The notes beneath the pieces were generated by a model, which was not told the origin of the DNA, searched no databases, and saw nothing but the letters and a program-made list of their open reading frames with translations. Positions 23,701 to 35,664 of a stretch of 64,000 nucleotides of DNA are shown here, one piece after another. The position numbers were made by a program, and so were the translations under genes. Positions within the stretch are counted from its first letter, which is position 1. Each line of letters opens with the position of its first letter. Source of the stretch: Vairimorpha necatrix (taxonomy: Eukaryota); contig CP142727.1 in assembly GCA_036630325.1 (NCBI GenBank), forward strand, positions 124,001 to 188,000, read 5' to 3'.

Positions 23701-23996
23701 TCTTCTCTACATATTTCCTCCTCTAATTTCTCAATTATTTTATAATATTCGTCCTCTTTACTAATTCTTTCTACCATGAAATTTTTTATTTCTTCACTTC
23801 CTTCCATAAATATTCTCTGCTTCCACAAACTGATTTCTATTTCCTCCATCTCCAACCTATACATTATTCTTCTAACTTCTTTTAATAACTTTTTGGCCTC
23901 TAGACCACAGTCCACACTTGTAAACTGACGATTCGGTATCGCCCCCATGTCTTTATTTATCATAATGGGGGATAGAAATTATACAAATATATCACA
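20778..23996 (-). mobile_element. Ty3/gypsy LTR retrotransposon 2 (3219 bp, identical 49-bp LTRs), intact
   Basis: LTRs 20778-20826 and 23948-23996 are identical. TSD TTTTT. PBS TGGGGGCGATACC directly follows the 5' LTR; PPT GAGGGGGGGA at 20827-20836. Single uninterrupted ORF. Confidence 0.96.
20850..23963 (-). CDS. Single polyprotein: short Gag + CCHC, RT, RNase H, integrase (1037 aa); no visible protease
   Basis: CFNCGKFGHMARNC; YMDD; TDAS/EKEMLA/TDHKAL/ADALSR; HEKVGH..CQKC, LDLID, TDNGKEF, NGRVER. No D[ST]G motif between the knuckle and RT. Confidence 0.95.
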   Translation of the reverse strand: MINKDMGAIPNRQFTSVDCGLEAKKLLKEVRRIMYRLEMEEIEISLWKQRIFMEGSEEIKNFMVERISKEDEYYKIIEKLEEEICREERTKKEEEKRRELMEVIAENVRETVRKEIQEKDLVLRNTVQEIRNNRNCFNCGKFGHMARNCYVGRNNNQENNKKFNKYLNLDENQSCSSSNDNKEYKPSGKTKRVKLKECNYSDRRHKERIYASNKETKRRLLKRAFTLEDLKAEYEEVFKQGDEVISFCTLEKCKIDTPEGKKIVRKGQTIPQALIKQTEEYINDLENRKIIRRSSSEWRNPIRAILKPNGEVRVVSNFIGLNDLVEKDPYELTNMREIIRATQGSIIFTVVDCKEAFYHFEIEEKDKHKTAFEFNKKVYEWNSMVMGYKNSPQILQRTMNMIFEDLRGNGVEVYMDDIVIHANNKRKHDELVIEVIERIKRNKMKLNIGKIQFRQAEVKLLGVTLNGIDMTADEIKKNEALEYPDPKTLTELRRFLGLTGWFRPFIKDYAGLTLKMTDSLKKNGNSWKFTEEMKEEFTKMKNVLRNMGRLRLPDYNKEFILRTDASNLRLGAVLLQKNENGEWVAIQWASKKLTPTEIRYGISEKEMLAIYWGIDKFKYELRGRKFKIETDHKALVEIRNKPFFNNNRINRLIEKIQEYDFIVEYKKHDEIMVADALSRINMEEDIKEMKNKERTIKQTEGKWKAHVSSENGKQYWQFDSGRKVEIPPENIRRQLIQEYHEKVGHRCMTSVYYAMREEYYWPGVKKEINEVIKQCQKCQIYNRKNMGGCEFVDTSRYLEKVALDLIDFRNEKKYVLVAIDYFTRRVWGVVINNKSSNNVVGFLKKLCEQGKKPEEIITDNGKEFINVEFRKFCRDLDIIHRQVSIEAHRSNGRVERVIGTLRESILKSDANTFEGKVYKSIDIYNQSYHTGIKCTPLEATKDKTGDVMLENSPIGKYCNRFGKGKIEKFSKCQLVRIAKRENLAGVNKYEKGRFLDTGKIVEKCGKDSYIVKLSNGRLVKNRHYDLKGMLGVDVKIR

Positions 23997-24189
23997 TTTT
24001 TTATTAAATTGTTGCTTGTATAAAGAAAAATAAAATAATTTGTAAAATAAAAAAGATTAGTGTTTATAGAAAAAACTCAAGAATAAAAAAGCGGCTTATA
24101 AATTAATACCTTTAAAAATGAACTTTAAAGTTTATAATATAATATAATTTATTTGGGTATAATATTCGGCTTATTAATTACTTTTCACA

Positions 24190-24601
24190 AGATACGCTTA
24201 CAGTCTCATCTGGCAGTTCCAGGACTTACTTTTGAGATTCACTCATTGGGCTCTTAAAGACCCTTCCTGATCTGTATCAAGCCCATGTTTTGCTGACATA
24301 GTTAGGCTTTCTAAAGTCATTTTAAGGACTCTTGACTGTATATATGCTTCCGTTCTGGGTTCTAATCTGAGCACTTTGATATGCGTACGGTGGAATTAGT
24401 TACTATTCCATCCCACGTCATCACATAAGGAATAATTTTCGGCTTGTATTTGTAGAGAGAAGCCACATTATTTGCGAGCAAGTCGTATTTATGTTTCTTT
24501 TCTGTTTCTACTGCATGGAGGTTGTAAAAGCTTGTGATTCCAACTTCTACAACGATCACTTCTTTCCTCAACTTGTCTACAATTAGTATATCAGGCTTGT
24601 T
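24190..24601 (-). mobile_element. 3' remnant of a non-LTR retrotransposon with REL endonuclease (R2/R4-like group)
   Basis: KPDILIVDK..KEVIVVEVGIT...EKKHKYDLLA...IIPYVMTWDGIVT, a PD-(D/E)xK REL domain. Boundaries approximate. Confidence 0.75.
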
Positions 24602-26869
24602 ATACTAACTTTAAAGTTTAAAACTGTTTTTTATGTATAATGTTAAATTATAATCTTTAATTTCTACGTTTAACATATATTTAGACTTTTTTAAAACTGA
24701 TTATAATGACCATTTGCATTTAAGTTGACATACTAGATGGTTTATTATAAAAATTAGTAACTATCAAGCTAAGTGATTCTTGTAGAAATTTTGTAAGCTA
24801 TAATAAACCGTAGTTAATAATTAAAAAACCCAATTTTATATTAAAATATCGAAAATGATATGATAATTGCCATATTATTATATAGGCTCAAATTAGACAC
24901 CACGAAAGAAGCTTAAAAATTTTAGTTTTTATTACATATCACTTTATTTTATTTTTTAGATTAAGTTTCTTTTTTCCGAAATTTAATTCTTATTAGATGT
25001 TTGATGTATCAGATATACATTTCAGTGTTATTTGACCCCTGAATTTTTTTTTCTATGTTTATACATATGTTATAAAATTATTAAAATTACATGATTCCAA
25101 ATCTTGCATCATTATTTCTTTTTTTGAATAAAGAGAGATTTAAATTGATGCAGTCAATATTTATATCACAACACGCAGTATTATAAAAAACTACATTGTA
25201 TTTATATGCTAAATTATGTGGGTTGGTTGTGTTACGTTTGTGTACATCTTTTGCCCAATGAGTAATACCAATACAATTTGTCATGATGATCCAGTATTTA
25301 TAAAGGTATTTTTATGTTTTATTTGAAGAAAAAAAAAGCATAATACATTTTAAATTTTTTCGGTTATAAATGACAAGTTCCGAATAAGTTACAAAAGATA
25401 CTAACTACACTGTGCCTATATTATCTACTCAAAATATCCAAAAAACGACCAATCGATAGTATATTATTATGTATTTCAATAAATATATCTTTAGGTGCAA
25501 GGATTTTACCAAAAAAATTAAAATTTGCATATACATGATTTTTGTGAAGGCAATATTAAGTAAGCATTTTTTTTGTGAGATTATAAAAGGAATTCAACCT
25601 GTATTTCTATAAAGAAGTAGATAATAATTAGTAATGTTTTTGAAATACGTTTATGAACTAACTTATGGAATAAAACTTACTGATAATAAATGCAAACATG
25701 AATATGATAGTAAAAAAAAGTACATAAAACGATATATTTTGTTTGTATTACATAAACGAAAACCTACATAAGTTTAATACAGAAAACTAAAACACAAAAC
25801 CTAAAATCTAAAAAGTCAGACTAATGTATTAAAAAATTTCAGATGGGTGAGATGCCATAAATGATAATATAAAGATTTACGTGTTAAAATATTGAAAGGG
25901 AACTAAAAATGTCTCACATAACTCGAAATATTACATATCTGGATATAATTATAAATATACATCATGTAAATTCGTGGTTTATATAATTTAATAAAAAGGT
26001 ACATTTTTAAAGTTCTATAATCCCGAATTTATCCAAAAGTTAAATGAAAATTAGGAAAAAAAAGAAACAATAAATTTACTTTATGTTAACGAAATGTTTT
26101 TAATTCTCAATCAATGAATAAATACATAAAAAAGAGGGACATTGCTCTTTTTAAATATTCTAAGTTGTGTTTATAAATACTGTCAATATATGAAACTTAA
26201 AGGGCATTTTGACCGTAAATAAAAATTTTTAATTAAAATTTGCTATTTGCGCATCTACATGTCTATTAGTATCTTAAACTACAAGATTTAAAGGGATTGT
26301 GCTTTTAACCTCTTTTTATTCTTTTATCAATAATACGATTCTTTTAAACATTCGCTCTCGTACTAAAACATATATACAAGTTATTTAAGGCCGAGTAAAT
26401 ATATTTATCGGATTAAAATGTGCCTTTCCCCTCCTATTTAACATGCTTTTGACATAAATCATAAAAAATCATCAATTTATACATTTTAGAAAGTGAAAAA
26501 TATTTTTGTCTAATGAAAAAAAAGTGTTATGATTCCGATGCAAAATGCATTATAACACATTTTTCTGATGTCAATCTTTAAAAAACTATCTTTTATGTGT
26601 AAAACCTTCACTTTGAGACTAAACCTCTACAATCATGCATACTTTCATTGTCCTTTATATTTTCCAGACACACATATAACCCTTTAAAGTTATTATTTTT
26701 ATAAAAGTTTTTTGTTTTGATTCTTTTTTCTTATACAGATAAATTTTTAAATTGGCCCTTTTTTCTTCTATAAATATAAAACTATTTCGAAGGGCCCGTA
26801 TTCTGCCTGTAAGTTTTATCATTAAAAACTTTTATATTAAACCGTTTGTATAAGAAATAATTAAGAGGA

Positions 26870-27700
26870 TATTATAGAGAAGATGCAAAAATAAGCACAA
26901 AATCTAGGCCTGTACAACGAGATAAAACAAAAACCTTACATAAAAGGTTGTACGTAGGAGCCAAGCGAAAACGAGTCTAAAAGAGAACGGCAATGCGGAT
27001 TTAACACGAGAACATTTTAGCAAGACGGCAATCTATCCTCTGTTACTTGCAAGAGAGAAAAATATTTTCTGAAAAGAAGATGAAATGTCCACATTGTGAA
27101 GAATCTAATAAAACAGCTGACCACCTGGCATCTAGAGGCGAAAAAATGCTAGGATCAGAATATATGAGATGACACAATGAAGTCTTAAAGTGCATTCGCC
27201 TATTACTGTGCAAAACACAATCTAAATCAGACAAAGAAACTCAAGAGTAATTCTGTCTAAGAAGTGGTTTCGAATAAAGACGTCGAAATAGGGTGGACAG
27301 TTTCATTAAAACAGATATGAAGATTAAACACAAGAGACTAGATCTTCTTGTTATAGACAGAAAAAAGAAAGAAATGCTCATAATCGATTTCGGTTCCACC
27401 TAAATTGATAATCTCAAGCAGGTAAACCCGAGGATTTAAACGTATGGCATTTTTGAAAATGAAATGTCCCTTGTGTATGGCTTATAATGTAATATCATTA
27501 CGTATGTATTGACGTGGCACCACGCAGTTGCCAAATTCCATGAAATGTATCGAAGAGGTCTTGATACAAAAGAGTATGTCGAGCCGTTTATCCAATTATT
27601 TGTTCTGAAAAAAATTTTGGAAGTATCTCCTTATAATATAAAAGATTGGGAGATCTCGTAAGTATTGAGAAAAGTCGAAGACGGACGGTCTAATCATCTC
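26870..27700 (+). mobile_element. Degenerate REL-endonuclease non-LTR retrotransposon remnant
   Basis: KCPHCEESNKTADHLASR..YMR*HNEVLKCI (zinc knuckle plus RHN motif) and RLDLLVIDRKKKEMLIIDFG. Boundaries approximate. Confidence 0.7.
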
Positions 27701-29035
27701 TATTCACAAAGAGAGGCATATGAAGACTGAAATAGAGACATAAGAAATAAAATTTACCTATTAAAATAAAAAGAAATAAAATGAATTTTTTGTCGACCCC
27801 CTTAATGAATTGATTTTTATTATAAGTTAATTTTTTATAAAAATTGATATTTTCCAAATCATCTGAAAAATGTGTTACAAGTATTTAATATTGTTTTAAG
27901 AGGTTGTATTAACTTTTAATAAAAACATAAAACATAAATAAAACGAATTAACTCTGTAAAGTCATTTCTTCTTAATTTTTTAACGAAAATTATTTTTTAT
28001 ATTTTTAAAACTCATGTATAAAGGCATTTTCGTTTAAAATTTTTTTATTCTAAAAACGATCATATTCGGGGCACCCCCAATATTTAATTAAAAAAAAATA
28101 ATTATTATGTATAATCTTAATATGTTCTATTATTTGTGCGAACAAAATTTGAAACTATAATCATCAATTTACGCATATTTTTCTATCTGGCACTCCATAA
28201 AAATGCTCTGATATTATTTCTAAGAGAAACTGGAAAAAAATCAATATCATAAAATAGTATCTTCATTAAAGTTAAGATATGATGTTCTTATGATAAACTA
28301 TATTATACTAAGTCTTAAATTTTCATAATTTGTCTTTATAATTAATTATACAGTTCTGTTAAATAACAAAATTATGATTTAGAAAAAAACAAATTTGATT
28401 GATTTATCTGTATAACACGCAAATGTAAAACAGTGCAATTAATTTTCAACATCAAAAAATAAGCTAATCTATTGAAATGATTTATTTTCTTCTATTTAGT
28501 CTATGTTTATATTCAAATATTTAATATTAGAAACAATATTACCTTTTATGATCATATTATGTTCTTTTTTTATCAATCAGAATTATAGTCATAAAACATT
28601 TAAAACACATCTAGAATATACATCAAGACAGTTTTTTAAACGAAAAAATATATTAATAATTATTATTTATATAAAAAAGAGTCGATCTAATTATATACGT
28701 TAAAAAGACAAGTAAATAAGTTATAAAAATTTATATTCTATTCATTAAATTTAATGCTAATAATCACATCCATAGTTTTAAAGAAGAAATAAAAAAATTA
28801 ACTGATAAATCATGATATCATTGTAAACAATGTATCAATTAAGATCAACCCATTTTTAATGCATTAATTGTCTCAATTTTTATAGTTGCTATTGTTTTTT
28901 TAATTTGGAAAAACATATTCGCCATACATGTAATTTTTAATTTAGATGTATATAAATATTGCATACTGTTTCATAATTCATTAAAACATTTACATCTAGT
29001 AAATACTTTTTCCTAACTATATTATTTACCCCACT

Positions 29036-29926
29036 ATGTTACAATATATATTGTTTGATATTAGTTTCACTATCGAAACAAATGAAAATAATTTATGGAG
29101 AGGATGGGAAGATCAATCAAAACTTAATTTCGATGAATTACAATTAATTAAAAACAATGATAATAATGTAAAAGAAAATTTATTGAACCAAATATATTCA
29201 TCTTATAGAAGAAGAAATGAAAAATTTAATGCTACATCTAGGAAAAAACCCAAATCAAAGATACTGCTAGGACTTTTAAAAAATTTTAATAACATTAAAT
29301 ATTATAACCATAAGTACAATGACATATCCGAAAACGTGGATCACTATAAGAGTCGTAAAATATGTTTCGATAGTCTTTTTAGACGATGGAAAAATGAAAA
29401 TTTTGATATAAAAGAGATATCCAATGCTAGAAAATTTAACAAAGAAGAAAGCAAAAAATACCTTGAAAATTCCTGCTCATGCAATAGATGGTCAAGAAAG
29501 TATAGTGCGATATTAAAAAAATATTTGCCTAAGATTAAAAAAGAGATTGCAAATTTATCGGCGGATGAAATATATAAACAGTCAACAATTAAAACTATAG
29601 ATTCTATATCTAATGCAATGGCATATTTTGAAAAAATACACCCCAAAAGTTTTAATTACAAAAAACGATATGACGAAATGGTAAATAACTATAGATTGAT
29701 AATTTATAGATTGCCCTATCTATTCGACTACTTTGACCTAGTTGGAAAATTTATAAAACTGTATGAAATGTTAATAGAGCAATGTATTGAAGAATCACCT
29801 GCTTATAACAACATGACAATAATACTATTTGAGATGTCCAAACAAATCATTAATATAACAATACTTCGTGGTGAATATTTAGAAAGAATCAAAAATAAGT
29901 TGAGATTACTGGAGAATTTAAAATAA
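29036..29926 (+). CDS. Family A protein (296 aa)
   Basis: CCCCACT-ATG; MLQYILFDISF; RKICFDSLFRRWKNE, AMAYFE and YRLPYLFDYFDL. Confidence 0.82.
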   Translation: MLQYILFDISFTIETNENNLWRGWEDQSKLNFDELQLIKNNDNNVKENLLNQIYSSYRRRNEKFNATSRKKPKSKILLGLLKNFNNIKYYNHKYNDISENVDHYKSRKICFDSLFRRWKNENFDIKEISNARKFNKEESKKYLENSCSCNRWSRKYSAILKKYLPKIKKEIANLSADEIYKQSTIKTIDSISNAMAYFEKIHPKSFNYKKRYDEMVNNYRLIIYRLPYLFDYFDLVGKFIKLYEMLIEQCIEESPAYNNMTIILFEMSKQIINITILRGEYLERIKNKLRLLENLK

Positions 29927-30999
29927 AACTTATTAAATTTGTATTTATACGCAAGAGCACACAGCCTTATGTTTATATAGAGTCATATATATAGAAAAAA
30001 TGTATTTTATGATATTCAGCCTTTATTAAAAAATTATATATCTTTTTTTATCAAGCATTTTTTAGATTTGACAAAAACGAAACAGATATACTCAACTAAA
30101 GGTTTAAATAAACAACCTGATCGGCTTATATATTCGAGAATGAAAATCTAAGGCATATTATCTAATTACAAATGCATTGAGTAATAATAATTCGCGGATA
30201 AGAAATTTTTTTATGTATGCCATTTGATGAAGGTGTGTTCATAATCAAGATAAAATGCCCTATAATTCCATTTTTTACAAAGGATAAATACAGTCCAATG
30301 TTACAAAAAGAAACAAATTCTATAAAATCGGATTAAATACAAGGATTCGACTATGAAAATACCAAAAAAAAAAAAGTTTTGAGCTTTAAACATTGTTTGG
30401 AAAGACGATTTGTTAGAAATTGAAGCGTTTAAAAAATAGCTGTTAAATTTTAGAGCATAAAATGATTGTTTAAATCAAAATAATAAACAATTGTAAAGAG
30501 CCAATTGCTTGAACGAGTCCTTGAATGTTTGTACTAATGAACTATAAAATAATCTTAAAATATCTCATTAAATTAATTACTTGTTTAAATAATAATTGTT
30601 AAATCTAATAACATATTTAAATCTTATTGATTGCTTAAAAACATGTAGAATAATAATAGTAAAAAATTATTAAATTAGAGCCAATACATATTTAGCATAA
30701 CATCTATTTTTATCAAGAGCCATTCCTGACTGAAAATTACAGGCGAGTCGCAAATACGACAATTATAAACTAAAACACATCACCAATCAGTATTAATACA
30801 TAAAATCAATCAAAAATAATATTTGAATTGTTATCTACCAAAAAACAACAATATGGCATATAAAAGTAAATAACATTCAACCGGGCGCACGACTATGTTT
30901 CTTCATTTTATAAAAGTTTTTTTTAATATTAAAATATTTGTCCACCGAACAATTAAGCCAAAAGCACTGTTGAAATGTAGGAAAAGGTGCTAAAAAACT

Positions 31000-31990
31000 A
31001 CAGGACATGACCATGAGAGGCTTTACACTGAAAATTAAATGTCTTTACTTCAATTTAAGAAATTAAAGATCAAGAAATGTACGTTGAATATTAAGAAACC
31101 TAATCGATTTAGCAAGTTGTCGCGAATAAATTCGTGGAGATAAGCAACAATATTTGCACAAAACAGACATAAAAAAATAATTTCCAGGTAAAGTAGTTAT
31201 AAACAGAATATTAAATAAACGGCAATGGAAAATCTATAGGCACATCGAAAGACTATCTTCAGCAAATGGGATCAGAAAAACTTTTGACAAATGGAATTGT
31301 GTTAATTTATGGATTTAAACCAACTCAATTTCACACAATTATACTTAAGATGGCATAGTTTCCAAGTTCGACATGCAAGACTCAGAATTTTCTGGGCTTC
31401 AAAGAGAATTTTTGATTTTCAATATTCGAAGACTTTCAAGAAACCTCTTTAGGCATCTGATTGGACTACCGTAGAATAAGTGAGAAGATCATGGTTAAAA
31501 GTTAAAGGAGATTTTTATTTACAATATTACCCTCCACTTTATAGTATTTATAGCAATACTAATTATCCGAAATTAAAGCAACCAATAATTTTGATAAAAT
31601 TTACCTGTATAAAAAATCATCCTTCAACAATAATTGATTCAACAAGGAGAAGTTCAAAACAATATTAATTAATATGTTATGATAACATGAAGTTAGAAAG
31701 TATGATGTCTTTGCGAACGAACGAGCATAATATATGGTTTTTAAACAGAAAAAATTCCCTACGTAATCACTTGTGACGGTATAGTGACTAAGTTTCGCAA
31801 ATCTTATACCACAAGACTTGAAGTCCCAAGAAGATAGAAGCGTACATCCAGATGATTACGCCAAGGAAGGCTTTAGAAAGCATTTCTCTGGACTACCGAA
31901 GAAGAGGAGACGGAGCCGATGTGAATAGAACTATAGGACGGAGCTACCTACAAGCAGGAGACGGAACGCGGAACCTTTCTTTGTTAAATT
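31000..31990 (+). mobile_element. Highly degenerate REL-type non-LTR remnants (two tandem 3' pieces)
   Basis: DGIV(S/T)KF-type segments near 31350 and 31775, and EAYIQ...ESISLDYRRR, similar to the other remnants. Boundaries uncertain. Confidence 0.5.
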
Positions 31991-33059
31991 AGAAGTGTAA
32001 CTACACTAAGCATTTCCTAATAAAATTTATTTATTTGAGCTCGTGCAATAACAAAAAAATAAAAATCAATAAATTAATTTGAATATGTACATAAATTTTA
32101 CATGGTGTTAAGTATATGCAATTTGTGATAAAATAATAGATTGTATGTGATATTTCTATTGTGCTGTTATTTATTTGCTACAAATTTTTAACAATAAAAT
32201 CGCCTTTTCTTCTGAATAAATTGAAACATTTCTACCGCTTTCTTAATTATGATCAATTGGATTTACACTAATTTAGTTTAAAACTCAAGAATTTTCAGTA
32301 TTTTTAGTTTTTCTCGAATTATGGCGTCTCATGTCCAGATACATGGAAAAAAGTTGTTTCACGCTTTGCATTCATTTCAGATATCAAGTAATAAATTTTT
32401 ATATATTTTATATTATAATTGTTACGTATTATATAGAAGCTTGCCCAGATTCTAGATATAAAATTTCTTAGTTTTATTTTCATTTATATATTTAATGTTG
32501 AGTATACTACATACAATCGTTATTACTTTTTTATTGTAGCTTCCAATCTTTTTATTAAATTGTTTTCTAATTATTTGTTGAATTATGTGAGATTTAAATA
32601 ATTGTAGCTCACATAAATAATAGTCGGATGTTTACATTTGACTATTTTTTATGTCTCCTAATTAAAAACTCCCCAATCTATTTCTCAATTTGGTCATATT
32701 TTTAAACTGTTTTTCTAATTTTACAAAGTGCCAAGACTGTTTTTTTACAAGAAACTCTCTTCTTTGTTGTTAAAGATTAAATTTTTCAAAATTTTGGCCA
32801 AATTAGTTTCAATTTAGGCGAGTAGGGGATTATTGTATACAAAAGAGTTTGTGTTTAAATCTCCATATCAACTTTGAGTGTAATCATTTGTTTGTTATTT
32901 TTTATAGGGGATGGGCTCTGGGCCTTATTTATTCATCTGCGTTAGGATCTTATATATGTAGTTTTCCTGTATATCATTCAAAAAAGTAAACCTAATTTTA
33001 ATTATACAAATTTACTTCATGATTCTTTTATAAAAAACAAAAAAATATAAACCCCATAC

Positions 33060-33950
33060 ATGTTACAATATATGTTGTTCATTATTAGTTCCGCCATTGA
33101 AACTAATGAATATAAATTATTGAGAGAGTCAGAGAACTATTCAAGACATGAAATTGACGGCATAAATTATAAAAATTACGACAATAGGGAACTAAATTCA
33201 AATACATCGAATGAGAGATATATCACTAGTAAAAAATTAAAAGCAACATCAAGTAATAAAACAACAAAAAAAACTCGGAAAAAACAATCTTCAGAACTAT
33301 TAAATGTCAAAAATAAATTTAAACGATATAATAATTATTACAATGACATATCCGAAAATACCTTATATTATACTAGACGTAAAATATGTTTTAATAATTT
33401 TTTGAATAAATGGGAGGATGAAAAATTGAAAATAGAAAAGATTTCTCATTATAGAAGATTTAATAAAGACGAAAGCGATCAATATGCAAAAAATTATTGT
33501 CCATGTAATAGATGGTTAAGAAAATACAATGAAATATTAAATAAATTTTTGCCTAGGATTTTAAAGGAAATAGAAAAATCAAAGATGGAAGAAACATTTA
33601 AAAAACAAATAATGGATCATATAAAAATCATATCTAGAGCCATGAGGTATTTTGCAAAGATTTACCCCCAAAATGCCAATTACCTAAAATATTACGACTA
33701 CAATATACTATACTATAGATTAATGGTTTATAGATTGCCTTATCTTTTTAACTACTTTGACCTAGGTGGCAGATTCGTAAAACTATATGAAATGCTGATT
33801 GATCAGTATGTTAATAAACTAGATATAACTAATATCATGACAACAACATTATTTGAGATGTCTGAAAAATTTATCTATGTAATAAAACTTCGTAAAAATT
33901 TTCTAGAAAAAATTAAAAGTAAATTAAATTTGCTAGAGAAGCTAAAATGA
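33060..33950 (+). CDS. Family A protein (296 aa), closest to 29036..29926
   Basis: CCCCATAC-ATG; MLQYMLFIISSAIETNE; YNDISEN, C.CNRW, ISRAMRYF and YRLPYLFNYFDL. Confidence 0.82.
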   Translation: MLQYMLFIISSAIETNEYKLLRESENYSRHEIDGINYKNYDNRELNSNTSNERYITSKKLKATSSNKTTKKTRKKQSSELLNVKNKFKRYNNYYNDISENTLYYTRRKICFNNFLNKWEDEKLKIEKISHYRRFNKDESDQYAKNYCPCNRWLRKYNEILNKFLPRILKEIEKSKMEETFKKQIMDHIKIISRAMRYFAKIYPQNANYLKYYDYNILYYRLMVYRLPYLFNYFDLGGRFVKLYEMLIDQYVNKLDITNIMTTTLFEMSEKFIYVIKLRKNFLEKIKSKLNLLEKLK

Positions 33951-35664
33951 TTCAGATGAAAAAAATATATATTTATCTAATAAATTCTTAAAAAGAAGCA
34001 ATAAATCTTATTTACCTAAATTTTGTAAAATAATATCTTACTCAGATGTTTGCAGCGAAAATAAAATCCTACTACAAAACATATAAAAATCAGATATAAC
34101 GCACAACAAAATGATTTGCAAGATTTTAATTAATTTAGACAAAATTATAAATTTGTTTTCTGTAGCTATAATTGTTTTGCTTGAAGTATTAAGTCAAGCA
34201 TAATTTAAAATAAATTATATGTCAACTATTTTGTTTTTTAGAATATAATTTCTTTTTGTACATACCCAATTATTGACTTGTACGTATCATTGCACCATTA
34301 ATACTTTTTGTTAGAGGTTGGTCTTTATGTTATAAATCCAAAAAACTCTCTTTTGTAATTTCAAAATCCAACCATATCACTTTTTATATCATATTGAATT
34401 TAATTGAACGGAAATATTATCAGGCTATAAATCTATTAGGTCATAGTATTAATTGATTATAAATACTATTTCACGATGATTTGTAAAGAGATTTTGACAT
34501 GAAAAAATAACAGTTTTTTTAACTTCAACACAAAAATCTACAAAAACATATGCTTGAAACACAATAGTGTTTGTACATGTGGTTTTTGGTTCTGCGCCAC
34601 TTTCATCATCATACAATATTTACAAAAATATACAAGGAAAGAGCTAGGGCTTCATCTCAGAGTTAAAACAAAAAAAGCTGATTTTCCGAAAAATCATCAA
34701 ACATGGGCGTTTTAACAACCTTATAAGAAGAAAAAAGAACAAAAAATTCTATAACCAATTTTTTTTACTAATAAAGCAGCATTGTCCTTCATACAAAAAG
34801 ATAGCTTTCTTGAAGTAAGCAAATCATGGTTTAAATATTGGGTGAATGGTTTATGGTTACGATCTTGCGTATTGCAACAATTTTAGATAAAATATTTAAC
34901 TTATGTAAGAAAAAGAGCGCCGTTTTTATGTTTTTTCACTTTTAAATCCAGAGGTATTCACATGCATGTACTTATTTTGAATGCTATGGTGGTTAAGTAA
35001 AAATTATAAATTGTTATAAAAATAACTTTTTAAATGAATAGTATGAAGAAAGAAAAGAGACGAAAATAGAATTAATTTCTATAGATAAAAAACATAAGGG
35101 ATAAATAAGAGCCAGATTAAACAATAAATGCAGATGAGAAAGTAATAATAAAAAGATAAATTGTAAAACTCCCGTCGGAAATGTACGAATAGATACTAAA
35201 GCAGCTTATATACTTGATGTTGTTATGTACACCCCTGTTCTTATAGTAATAGCAAATAGAAATAAAGAAGCCTCCAAACTTTTTTCCATAAAAAACCTTA
35301 ACTATAAATTTAACCTGAGTGCACGATCGTTACTCTCACAAGCTTCCTGGGATTATAAGAATAAATAATATAGTAAAATTGTGAAGAAAATCTTTCGACT
35401 ATTGATAAGACCTTATAATTTAATAGAATATGAGTGGTCATATTTTAATCCGACAACACACGAAGGAGAAATCCAAAATTGTATGAAGACTATAAGAAGA
35501 ACTTGTTCGGAAAAGTAGAAATAGCATAAATAGTTCTAAGTCCTATAAAGCATACTTTTTATACCTTTAAAAACTCTTTTTAAAAATGAATAATTATTCT
35601 GAGTATGTTTTAGATTAATTTCTAATCCCAACTAAAAAATACATCTACAGTAAATGTGCCTAAA

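Noticed and set aside
26199-26427. MITE defined by imperfect inverted repeats (AAAGGGCATTTTGACCGTAAATA / TATTTATCGGATTAAAATGTGCCTTT)
   Set aside because: Gapped match in AT-rich DNA, with no TSD and no second copy seen.
32640-32940. Tc1/IS630-like relic (minus-strand PYSPKL)
   Set aside because: A single short motif, with no TIRs or other catalytic motifs recognised.
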